A stretch of 64,000 nt of DNA from Macrostomum hystrix. Taxonomy: Eukaryota; Animalia; Platyhelminthes. The position numbers and the translations under genes were made by a program. Below are positions 35,501 to 46,600 of this stretch, piece by piece (within the stretch, counting starts at the first letter, position 1; each line of letters starts with the position of its first letter). The notes under the pieces were generated by a model. It saw only the letters and a list, made by a program, of their open reading frames with translations, was not told the DNA's origin and ran no database searches. The stretch covers positions 13,950,001 to 14,014,000 of the forward strand of contig CATNEN010000039.1 in NCBI GenBank assembly GCA_950097015.1, in the 5' to 3' direction.

Positions 35501-38500
35501 AATCCGCCGGGCAGCGGTAACGGCGCTTCGACTATCGACGTGGACATGGTGAACGCGTTCGAGAATCCGGAGGTGGAGAAGACGCCCTGGCGGTACACAA
35601 CCCTGTTACCTGGCGACTGCCTGTTCATACCTGCCGGGCAGCTGCATCAGGTGCGCTCCTACGGCCGCAGCCTGTCTTACACGACGCTATTTCGTCCGGT
35701 GGAAGACAAAAACCTGGGCGATTGCCGGGCTCTGAGCAAAGCCATTCGAGGCCTGGACCAGTTCTACCTGGTCTGGACCATCAAGGACGGTCATTCGCAG
35801 CTGAAGAACGAGCACCTGGACCAGGAGGCTCTGCGAAACCTGCTGCTCAGCTGGGTTGGCAAGGACGGCGTCCTGACCTACCCGGTGTTCCAACGCCACT
35901 ACGAGAAGGCCATCGCCAGGGCGGTCAACGACAGTCGCAGTATCGGCGCCCGGAAAGCCTTCCAGCAGCTGCTGCAGAGCGAGAAGAAGCAGGTGCTCAC
36001 ACGAGACGCATTGCTGAAGCTGCCTGGACAGACTCTGGACAAGCTGGCCCTGTTCATGAACTCAATTCACAAGACTGTCCGGGACGAACTGTGAGCGCGA
36101 TCTGCCGCGTGTACTGCATTCCGGAAAGGCCAATTTCACTTTTAAAAAAGTTCAAAAACTATTATATACTATTCGATTCTAGCTATACACGTGCATACAT
36201 GTATGCTTAATGTAGCTTAAACTCTAGTCATGAGCAATATACAATGTATTCGAAGCTGTGCAATAAAACATACACATGTCACTCTTCTCGCTTAGACGCA
36301 TCATTTTCGTCCACATTTTGAAAAGTATTTTTTTTCCTCTGCCTTGTGATCCGAGTTATGCGAGTTTTGTTTGCATATTGCTACTTATATGAGTAGAAAA
36401 ATACGAACGTTACAACCCTTTTGTTGCGGTCGGTTTTCCAAATGAAAAACATCGTACGATAAAAGAATATACTAGAATTACTAAGAAAAAAATTACAAGC
36501 CGTAATATATTTTCATGAGGCCGCAGACTTGCATTGCGAAATACTTTACGAGACTTACAAAAGTTACCGTTTTCAGCAACTAAATAATACTAAAATACAC
36601 AGTGAGCGTGTTGTCACTAAATAAATAAAAAGTAACGGAAAACAAAACTCGATCCACCATCAGATTCACGACACTCAGAGCGCACTGGATAGCTGCCGCA
36701 AGGTGCTGCGCAGGTCCAGCATGAGTGGCGGCTCGGCTTTCGATGAGCTGGGACAGGTGAGTAGGGGATTAGGGTTTAGAATTAGGGATTAGGGATTAGG
36801 GATTTTGGGATTGGGGATTAGGGGTTAGGCATTAGGGATTAAGGATTGGGGTTTCAGGTATTAGGTATTACGGATATTACCCCTAGACTTGGGGTTTAGG
36901 GATAAATGATTGAATTAAGGATTGGGGTTATAGGTATTAGGGATTAGGGATTAGCGATTAAGGATTAGGGATTAGGGATTAAGGGTTGGGGAATACTAGG
37001 GAATCTGGATGATGTCAATATAGTTGGTAAGAGATATCAGTGTCTGTTAACCAGCAGTTATATAACCTTGTTATTGAGACGAAATTTTGTTATATTGCCA
37101 TAAGTATGTGTCCGTTCCATGTTTGTTATTATAAAAAAACTGATCGAATTTCGTTTTTCGAATTCCGAATTTCAGAGCATCTACTCACCTGCTACAGCCA
37201 GGGCTATCAATCACGCCTATGGCGGACCTGCTCAGGTTTGTCTTATAAGTAACTACTGTAGTAAATAAATCTAACATTTTGGTACCTGTCTAACAGGTTG
37301 GTACCTGTCTAACAGGTTGTTACCTGCCTAACAGGTTGGTACCTGTCTAACAGGTTGGTACCTGTCTAACAGGTTGGTACCTGTCTAACAGGTTGGTACC
37401 TGTCTAACAGGTTGTTACCTGTCTAACAGGTTGGTACCTGTCTACAAGGTTGGTACCTGTCTAACAGGTTGGTACCTGTCTAACAGGTTGGTACTTGTCT
37501 TACAGGCTGTTACCTGTCTAACAGGTTGTTACCTGTCTAACAGGTTGTTACCTGTCTAACAGGTTGGTACCTGTCTAACAGGTTGTTACCTGTCTAAAAG
37601 GTTGGTACCTGTCTAAAAGGTTGGTACCTGTTTGTCTTAGCAATCTGGTACCTAGCAGAACACTGGACTATAAGCTCCCTCAAAACCAACAACTCGATCC
37701 TATCCCCTCCATTGCTTCAAGGTTCGCGTGCGCAACATCCCGCTGCCACGAAGGCAGGCCGGTAGCGTCCTTGGCGACGGCGTAGTGCCAAACAGCGCCG
37801 AGCGAAGGCGTATTGAGGTTCGGCTTGGTCGTGAACTGGGAACAGGAGAGCGTGTTCTGTTTCCAAAGGGAAAGAGATAGGCGGGAACATTGTCTGTCGC
37901 CATAACAGTAGGACTACCAAGCCATTCTGACTGTCGTTTTTATAGCAAGCGTTTTCCCCGCCCAGAAATTTTATGGCAGCGCCCGAATGCTAAAAGCGTT
38001 GGATGGTGACTGATTGGTTGACAGACTAGGCGAGGGTGTCCTGTGGTTGAGCTGCGCCTAATGTTTAGGCTTGATCAGTGAGAAATTCGTTCAAGGGTGT
38101 CCATATAGTGGCCTAGTTCCACCTGTTGTAGCCCTTGAAGGTCCAGCAGTCCGTCTAGATAAAGGTAGGTGACAACCGAAGACGGAGATGATGCAGGCAC
38201 ATTCGGGTCACACGCTGATAAATTTTGAAGGCCTGGCAAGGCCGCACTGAGGCGCAGTGCAAATTCCTGTATTGGGGTGTATGAAATACCCTAGCCCTGA
38301 CCTTCCGCTAGAACTATTGAATATCTTGACGGTCTGAAGAGCTGGCGACTTGATTATTGTTTCAGAAGATGCGCAACAAAATTTTGGCCCGGGTTCTTGA
38401 GCTCAGGTGCAACACAAAAAATAGTGGGTATTTTGAAAAAGACTTTTTTGTTTCTCGGGGCATGGAAAGCGAAAGTCAGAGGAGGAGACAGGAGAGTTAC

Positions 38501-40029
38501 AAACAAAATAATCTAATTCATCATCCTCTGATGCCGGGAACCGGCAGCGCCACCTAGACTCTCTGGTTAGCTACGAGATGCCCTCAGCTGAGAATTTTAC
38601 TAGCATGAGGAGCAAACTGCGCGACGTTAACGAGAAGATCCTTCAGCACAAGCTCATGATGGACCGTTACACCGGGGTGGATCTCAATCCCCAGCCGACT
38701 GTTGATGAGAGGATCAACGAAAAGTACCTGGAGCTGGTGTCCAGGTGAGAGTTGCCATGCTGAATCAATACTGCGATGGGTGATAATACTTGTGCCTATG
38801 CCTGAGGCAAACGCGTCACTAATCCCAAATCCGCCATTCAAAGCGCTGCTAAAAATTATAATTGTAGGCAAATCTTTTGTTGACACTAGACCCGCAGCCA
38901 GCGAGGAGGCAATTCTACTTATTTCGCTGACTCCTGAGTACGCACGCACTCATATACCAAACGCAGGCACACACTCAATCAGGAGTGCACATCTGCACTG
39001 ACTTTCTCATCGTCAGGCAGTGTACACTCTCACTGTGCCTTGGAGGTTGGCCCTCAAGGGCACGAATTGCACGACAAGCCCCCAAAGCCTTCTCTCCGCG
39101 GCTGTACCCTGAATTAATGTGGCCTCGCCGCGGAATCGAACTCAGGGACCTTGGCGAAAACGTGTTAACCGCTCTGCCACCGACCCCCACAAACCGCTGC
39201 TATACTGTAGATGGAAATTAAATGACGAATTTTTTCAACTACTTGTGCCGCTTCTTTTTTAGAATGCCGGAGCTAGAAAAGAACCTGAATCCAGGCAGAA
39301 GATACTCAGCTGACTACTCAAACTCTACCAACTATGCTGTGAAGGTGAGGCTCGTATTGTGATGGCAAGATTTAGATTTAAACAGGTTTGATAAGTCTGT
39401 CAATTCGAAGCTTAAAGATTGGCAATCAGAAGATTAAAGATTGGCAATGAGAAGATTACAGATTGACAATAGTAAGATTACAGATTGACAATGGGAATAT
39501 TACAGATTGACAATGGGAAGATTACAGATTAATAATAGTAAGATTACAGATTAAAAATAGAAAGGTTACAGATTGACAATAGTAAGATTACTCAGGATTA
39601 TAGTAAGATTACATATTGACAATGGGAAGATTACAGATTGACGATGGGAAGATTACATATTGACAATGGGAAGATTACAGATTGACGATGGGAAGATTAC
39701 AGATTGACAATGGGAAGATTACAGATCGACAATGAGAGGATTACAGATTGACAATAGTAAGATTACAGATTGACAATGGGAAGATTACAGATTGACAATG
39801 GGAAGATTACAGATTGACGATGGGAAGATTACAGATTGACAATGAGAGGATTACAGGTTGACAATGGGAATATAAGAGTAAACCCTGACGCTGGGCCCCC
39901 ATTCTAACATCTCAGGGCTACAGTCAGGGGCTGCTACCAGGCGGTGGGCCGCCAGTCTCAGAGCTTCGAGGTCGCATTCGGCGGCTGATCACACGCACCC
40001 GTCAGGACCCGAACTATTTTCGGCAGTGA
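32564..40029 (+). CDS. Multi-exon protein of unknown function, ~335 aa; exons 32564-32614, 32748-32810, 32905-32976, 33578-33757, 36664-36756, 37176-37235, 37722-37817, 38548-38744, 39263-39344, 39916-40029
   Basis: Ten stop-free exons with GT-AG boundaries and compatible phases (1008 nt), from MVVLRAVTIVRDPL to VSELRGRIRRLITRTRQDPNYFRQ*. The 33757->36664 join is inferred; this could be two genes. Confidence 0.62.
33032..33532. repeat. 16-bp minisatellite GTATCAAAGACACAAG
   Basis: Tandem units inside a predicted intron. Confidence 0.95.
33890..34070. repeat. 60-bp repeat x3
   Basis: GAATTACACCAGCCAATCAGCACGAGGGAAGG at 33903, 33963 and 34023. Confidence 0.9.
34820..36094 (+). CDS. Intronless JmjC/cupin-like 2OG-oxygenase-fold protein, signal peptide and RDEL ER-retention signal, 424 aa
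   Basis: FYAEYVLRSKPLVI, MWMSSGGTGSLLHYH, DGRKDF, LLPGDCLFIPAGQLHQVRS; hydrophobic N-terminus; ends RDEL; AATAAA at ~36262. Confidence 0.88.
   Translation: MAMKNLLSLLAMMLIVLETGSSEKPPLFEKDHAMETVFPPVIWKHPELPAGHLRSLGYQRHSDGPIKVVNRSPSPVEFYAEYVLRSKPLVIRDAIDKSSPMMDRWTDEYLKRNFGSHKVTVTHKKEIIKGQVEVMTLEKFLERYKFEDLYMASLIPAEMESGFSVPHVAQCGPVSREMTEAEMWMSSGGTGSLLHYHSEHQLHCMADGRKDFILIENRYKDNMKCVENPPGSGNGASTIDVDMVNAFENPEVEKTPWRYTTLLPGDCLFIPAGQLHQVRSYGRSLSYTTLFRPVEDKNLGDCRALSKAIRGLDQFYLVWTIKDGHSQLKNEHLDQEALRNLLLSWVGKDGVLTYPVFQRHYEKAIARAVNDSRSIGARKAFQQLLQSEKKQVLTRDALLKLPGQTLDKLALFMNSIHKTVRDEL
36764..36992. repeat. Telomere-like degenerate (TTAGGGA)n
   Basis: GGGATTA heptamer variants. Confidence 0.85.
37280..37632. 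repeat. 19-bp minisatellite GGTACCTGTCTAACAGGTT
   Basis: Tandem units. Confidence 0.95.
37906..38425. mobile_element. Same MITE family, copy 3
   Basis: Starts CAGTAGGACTACCAAG; shares GGCCGCACTGAGGCGCAGTGC core with copies 2 and 4. Confidence 0.7.
38998..39190 (-). mobile_element. tRNA-derived SINE
   Basis: Minus-strand head with A box TGGCAGAGCGG and B box GAGTTCGATTCC; three dispersed copies. Confidence 0.75.
39410..39871. repeat. 22-bp minisatellite GATTACAGATTGACAATGGGAA
   Basis: Tandem units. Confidence 0.9.
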
Positions 40030-40537
40030 GCAGCAGGTGCTAAGAGGAGTTTTCGGACAAGCAGGACACAGGATGATTGACAACTGACTGTAGCTTTTGC
40101 ACGCCCGTGAAAATGCAAGAGAAGGTTTTGCAACAAAAGTGCACCTGAATTGTCTGTTGTTTTAAAACAGTTTTTCAATTCTCGAATTTTGCGTCAGGCT
40201 TCTTCTAATTTCATGTGAGAGAAATAGTTTGCTTTAGTATTCAGCACAATTTGCTATTTTTACCGTATTAAACTAAGCTTTTGCTCGCAAGCTTTGATTC
40301 AATTAGCTTAATTTGAGTATTCTAGCAATTATTAGAATTCATATTTATTACCTACTTTATGTACTAGCAACTAATTAATATAGTTGTTGTAATTCTGAAA
40401 GCTACTGCAAACTTAAATACCTAAAGAATTAAATAAAAGTACACTAGTAAAGTAAAGAACACGTTTAACAATCGCTGCACAGCTTCTAAGAGATGTTATA
40501 ACTGGTTAGAAAATCTTAAATATTTTTCATTTAGTGT

Positions 40538-41890
40538 GGGAGTGAGTGTCATGGTGAAGGAGTGAGTGTCATGGTGAAGGAGGGAGTGTCATGGTGAAGG
40601 AGGGAGTGTCATGGTGAAGGAGGGAGTGTCAAGGTGAAGGAGTGAGTGTCATGGTGAAGGAGTGAGTGTCATGGTGAAGGAGGGAGTGTCATGGTGAAGG
40701 AGGGAGTGTCAAGGTGAAGGAGTGAGTGTCACGGTGAAGGAGTGAGTGTCACGGTGAAGGAGGGAGTGTCAAGGTGAAGGAGTGAGTGTCATGGTGAAGG
40801 AGTGAGTGTCAGGGTGAAGGAGTGAGTGTCACGGTGAAGGAGGGAGTGTCAAGGTGAAGGAGTGAGTGTCATGGTGAAGGAGTGAGTGTCAGGGTGAAGG
40901 AGTGAGTGTCAGGGTGAAGGAGTGAGTGTCAGGGTGAAGGAGGGAGTGTCAGGGTGAAGGAGTGAGTGTCAGGGTGAAGGAGTGAGTGTCATGGTGAAGG
41001 AGTGAGTGTCATGGTGAAGGAGTGAGTGTCATGGTGAAGGAGTGAGGGTCAGGGTGAAGGAGTGAGTGTCACGGTGAAGGAGGGAGTGTCAAGGTGAAGG
41101 AGTGAGTGTCATGGTGAAGGAGTGAGTGTCAGGGTGAAGGAGTGAGTGTCAGGGTGAAGGAGGGAGTGTCAGGGTGAAGGAGTGAGTGTCATGGTGAAGG
41201 AGGGAGTGTCAGGGTGAAGGAGTGAGTGTCACGGTGAAGGAGGGAGTGTCAAGGTGAAGGAGTGAGTGTCAGGGTGAAGGAGTGAGTATCAGGGTGAAGG
41301 AGGGGGTGTCATGGTGAAGGAGTGAGTGTCAGGGTGAAGGAGTGTGTCATGGTGAAGGATGGAGTGTCATGGTGAAGGAGTGAGTGTCAGGGTGAAGGAG
41401 GGAGTGTCAGGGTGAAGGAGGGAGTGTCAAGGTGAAGGAGTGAGTGTCATGGTGAAGGAGTGAGTGTCATGGTGAAGGAGTGAGTGTCATGGTGAAGGAG
41501 TGAGTGTCATGGTGAAGGAGTGAGTGTCAGGGTGAAGGAGTGAGTGTCATGGTGAAGGAGTGAGTGTCATGGTGAAGGAGTGAGTGTCATGGTGAAGGAG
41601 TGAGTGTCATGGTGAAGGAGTGAGTGTCATGGTGAAGGAGTGAGTGTCAGGGTGAAGGAGTGAGTGTCATGGTGAAGGAGTGAGTGTCAGGGTGAAGGAG
41701 TGAGTGTCATGGTGAAGGAGGGAGTGTCATGGTGAAGGAGTGAGTGTCAGGGTGAAGGAGTGAGTGTCAGGGTGAAGGAGTGAGTGTCATGGTGAAGGAG
41801 GGAGTGTCAGGGTGAAGGAGGGAGTGTCAGGGTGAAGGAGGGAGTGTCATGGTGAAGGAGGGAGTGTCAGGGTGAAGGAGGGAGTGTCAG
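40538..41890. repeat. 20-bp minisatellite GGAGTGAGTGTCATGGTGAA
   Basis: ~67 units. Confidence 0.95.
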
Positions 41891-42779
41891 TAAAATCTCA
41901 ATTACAATTCTCAATAAAATCTCAATGTCAGCCAGCTTTAGCGCGTAGCTGTTCGATGAATCAGTGAATCAGTTTCAATAAAAATGACAAAAAACTATGA
42001 ATTCAAATAGTGCAGCCATATAATTATCGATGATCGTTTGTTGGCACACAGAAAGCAAAGAAACCTAAAAGAGGCCGTTTTTAGTAAAAAATGTTTTTGG
42101 TTCCAATTACGAGATTAGTTGATCATTAGTTTTTAACAGGCTCTGATTTGATAGCCTGAAATATGCAGCATGTCCTACAGAGTTTACACTCGAACACGGG
42201 ATGAAAAGAGAGAGAAATATAGCTTTTTGTGCGACAATAGCAATGCTTGGAGTCGTTACATCATACCAATAACAAAATAAGCAATAAAGGAACACGTGAG
42301 TTATGTGCCCTACGCTGTTATTGGTGTACTACTTGTACATAGAGAGAAAGTGCAATTCTTGTGCAAAAGTAGCAGCAGCAGCAGCAGCCGCATAATGAGA
42401 CAAGAAATATAAAAAGCAAAACATTATTTTATTGGAAAAGGCCAGCTGTTAAAACATTCAAACAAGAAACTGATAAAAACTGTTGTATAAATGTTTTTGG
42501 GCCCTAAATTCAGTATTGTGGTAAAAAACTGGAAAATGGTTAATTGGGAACAAAAATAACTAAACGAATGCAATATTTAGCACAATGGTGCGCACGTTAA
42601 ACACGCACATGCTAAATGGAAGGCTACAGTCGAGAAATAAATGGATAGTTTGTAAAATTGTAAAAAATGTGAAGATAAAAAAACTTAAAGACACATAATA
42701 GTACGAGAAGATATGATTAACAAACAGATTGTAGCCTCACTATATACTCATACTAGGGGCGGACTTATCAACCGACTGA

Positions 42780-43250
42780 TAAACTGAGGGTTCTGAGTTG
42801 TAGTCCTTCGATAATTATGGGTGTAAAAGTGTCTAACCGATACACAGGGGTGGAGGGGTTGTAGCCAATCGATAAACTAGGGTGGAGGGGTTGTAGCCAA
42901 TCGATAAACTAGGGTGGAGGGGTTGTAGCTAATCGATAAACTAGGGTGGAGGGGTTGTAGCTAATCGATAAACTAGGGTGGAGGGGTTGTAGCTAAACGA
43001 TAAACTAGGGGTGGAGGGGTTGTAGCTAATCGATAAACTAGGGGTGGAGGGGTTGTAGCTAATCGATAAACTTCGCTAGAGGGGTTGTAGCCAATCGATA
43101 AACTAGGGGTGGAGGGGTTGTAGCTAATCGATAAACTAGGGGTGGAGGGGTTGTAGCCAATCGATAAACTGGGGGTGGAGGTTTTTTAACCAATCGATAA
43201 ACTGTGATGGAGGGGTGGTAGCTAATCTATAATCTATTTTAGCCAATCGA
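42780..43250. repeat. 32/33-bp minisatellite GGGTGGAGGGGTTGTAGCTAATCGATAAACTA
   Basis: Tandem units. Confidence 0.9.
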
Positions 43251-43667
43251 TATCGATTAAACTATTAGCTAAAAAAGGCTAATTTCTAACATTACTTGTA
43301 CGTTTTTTAATGTATACAAAAACTTTACAAAAATAGAATACGATAGAAATCGGCTGGAAAAAGGGCAGTAAAATTGAGTGCAGAAAGTGAATTTTTCGTG
43401 TGTCAATTTTAGGGATGAAGAAGCATATGTCAAAAAGTAAGTTTAATTTGGCAGTGCCACATAAATTAGCGAATAATTCGATAACATGAAAAAACACAAA
43501 ACGACATAATGGCGGGAAGACAGTCGCCAGAAAAGGAAAAGTCAGGTAAAAAAATAATAAAATACCTGCCTACTGGCACGCGCGTTTGTCATGTCATTTT
43601 CCGTGATTAAGCCATAAGAAAGTGATGAAGCCAATAGCTAATTAGTGATGCTGCAAACTTTAGTTAT

Positions 43668-46600
43668 TTAAAAAGCCGGTCGAGTGTAGGGATGCTGCCT
43701 GACACTGCCGCCGCCAGCGCCACCACCGCCGGCATGCTGGCGAGATTTCATTGGGCCTGGCGAGTGGGCGAAAAATAGATAAAAAATCGAGAAAAAACTT
43801 ACATTTTAGACTAAGTTTTTTGTTTTCACCATGATCTACAATTATGGGCTGTTGATTAAACAGCAAGACTTATGAATACTGAAGGATTGGATGGAATCTG
43901 AGAGTAGAATATTCATGGATCTACATGGGGATCTGAAACAGGTTCAATACTTGGAATCGAGTAGAGGATCTGAGTAGAGGATCAGAATGGGGATCTGAGT
44001 AGAGGATCAGAATGGGGATCTGAGTAGAGGATCAGAATGGGGATCTGAGTAGAGGATCAGAATGGGGATCTGAGTAGAGGATCAGAATGGGATCTGAGTA
44101 TATGATCAGAATGGGAACTGAGTACAGGATCAGAATGGGAACTGAGTACAGGATCAGAATGGGAACTGAGTATATGATCAGAATGGGGATCTGAGTAGAG
44201 GATCAGAATGGGGATCTGAGTAGAGGATCAGAATGGGATCTGAGTATATGATCAGAATGGGAACTGAGTAGAGGATCAGAATGGGGATCTGAGTAGAGGA
44301 TCAGAATGGGGATCTGAGTAGAGGATCAGAATGGGGATCTGAGTAGAGGATCAGAATGGGAACTGAGTAGAGGATCAGAATGGGGATTTGAGTAGAGGAT
44401 CAGAATGGGGATCTGAGTATATGATCAGAATGGGGAACTGAGTAGAAGATCAGAATGGGAACTGAGTAGAGGATCAGAATGGGAACTGAGTAGAGGATCA
44501 GAATGGGAACTGAGTAGAGGATCAGAATGGGGATTTGAGTAGAGGATCAGAATGGGAACTGAGTACAGGATCAGAATGGGAACTGAGTACAGGATCAGAA
44601 TGGGAACTGAGTATATGATCAGAATGGGGATCTGAGTATATGATCAGAATGGGGAACTGAGTATATGATCAGAATGGGAACTGAGTAGAAGATCAGAATG
44701 GGAACTGAGTAGAAGATCAGAATGGGAACTGAGTAGAGGATCAGAATGGGAACTGAGTAGAGGATCAGAATGGGAACTGAGTAGAGGATCAGAATGGGGA
44801 ACTGAGAATATGATCAGAATGGGAACTGAGTACAGGATCAGAATGGGATCTGAGTAGAGGATCAGAATGGGGATCTGAGTAGAGGATCAGAATGGGATCT
44901 GAGTATATGATCAGAATGGGAACTGAGTAGAGGATCAGAATGGGGATCTGAGTAGAGGATCAGAATGGGGATCTGAGTAGAGGATCAGAATGGGGATCTG
45001 AGTAGAGGATCAGAATGGGAACTGAGTAGAGGATCAGAATGGGGATTTGAGTAGAGGATCAGAATGGGGATCTGAGTATATGATCAGAATGGGGAACTGA
45101 GTAGAAGATCAGAATGGGAACTGAGTAGAGGATCAGAATGGGAACTGAGTAGAGGATCAGAATGGGAACTGAGTAGAGGATCAGAATGGGGAACTGAGTA
45201 TATGATCAGAATGGGAACTGAGTACAGGATGAGAATGGGAACTGAGTACAGGATCAGAATGGGAACTGAGTATATGATCAGAATGGGGATCTGAGTATAT
45301 GATCAGAATGGGGAACTGAGTATATGATCAGAATGGGAACTGAGTAGAAGATCAGAATGACAACTGAGTAGAAGATCAGAATGGGAACTGAGTAGAGGAT
45401 CAGAATGGGAACTGAGTAGAGGATCAGAATGGGGAACTGAGTATATGATCAGAATGGGAACTGAGTACAGGATCAGAATGGGAACTGAGTACAGGATCAG
45501 AATGGGAACTGAGTATATGATCAGAATGGGGATCTGAGTATATGATCAGAATGGGAACTGAGTAGAGGATCAGAATGGGGATGTGAGATTGAGAAGATCT
45601 TCGTAGGAATCTTGGAGGAGCAATTTTGTCACAGAATCACTTGGGAATCAGGGACTCGGGTACTAGAGTGAGCAGAACTCACCAGCCTGACCGCCTCCAA
45701 TGTCGACTCCCGAGGCGGCAGCTGCTGCGGCGGCGGCAGCTGCGGCACCGCTCGGATACATCAGCGACATCAACGACGAGTCAACGGCGCCGGTTGTAGA
45801 CGATTGCGAAGAGGTGGCAGCGGCAGCGGCCGCGGCAGCCGCCATCAGATAGGCGGAGAGGTCTGCGCCGGCACTGCCGGAGGCAGCAGAAACTGCAGAC
45901 TGCAGAATCGGAAGTCCCAGAAGCTGCTGCTGCTGCTGCTGCTGACTCTGAAGCAGCAAAGCCTGCTGTGCAGCTAGCTGGTGTTGTTGAAGCCCCACGG
46001 CGGCACCGGCTGGCAGACGCAGGAAATTGGCAGCCGCCAGTTGGGCCAAATGCGGCGGCAGCTGCTGCTGCTGTTGCTGGGCAGCCACGGCGGCCATAGT
46101 AGACAAAGCGGAGGCTGCATTAGAGGCTCGGGTTACCTCTGAGAAAAAAAAATTGATTCATCTTTCTAGAATGTCTGCAACGTGCTACTGAGGTTACTAA
46201 AGTTTTGTTGGTAGTATGGTATATTACATAATGCAAAAATTTTAAGGGTTAGCAAGTGCCAGTGAAGAACAAAAAATGTAGGCGTGCAATACAAGAAGCA
46301 AAAAACATTCAAAATTTTCAGATCATGCCTAAACAAGTACAACATCAATATCATGCACAAGTTTGATCAGCAGGACTGTCACATGGAATCACTGTGTCAG
46401 GTGGAATCACTGTGTCAGGTGGAATCACTGTGTCAGGTGGAATCACTGTGTCAGATGGATTAACTGTGTCAGGTGGATTAACTGTGTCAGATGGAATCAC
46501 TGTGTCAGATTGATTAACTGTGTCTGGTGGATTAACTGTGTCAGATGGAATCACTGTGTCAGATGGATTAACTGTGTCAGGTGGATTAACTGTGTCAGAT

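Noticed and set aside
39120-39190. Functional tRNA gene
   Set aside because: A and B boxes are present but there is no complete cloverleaf, and it continues into a shared SINE body
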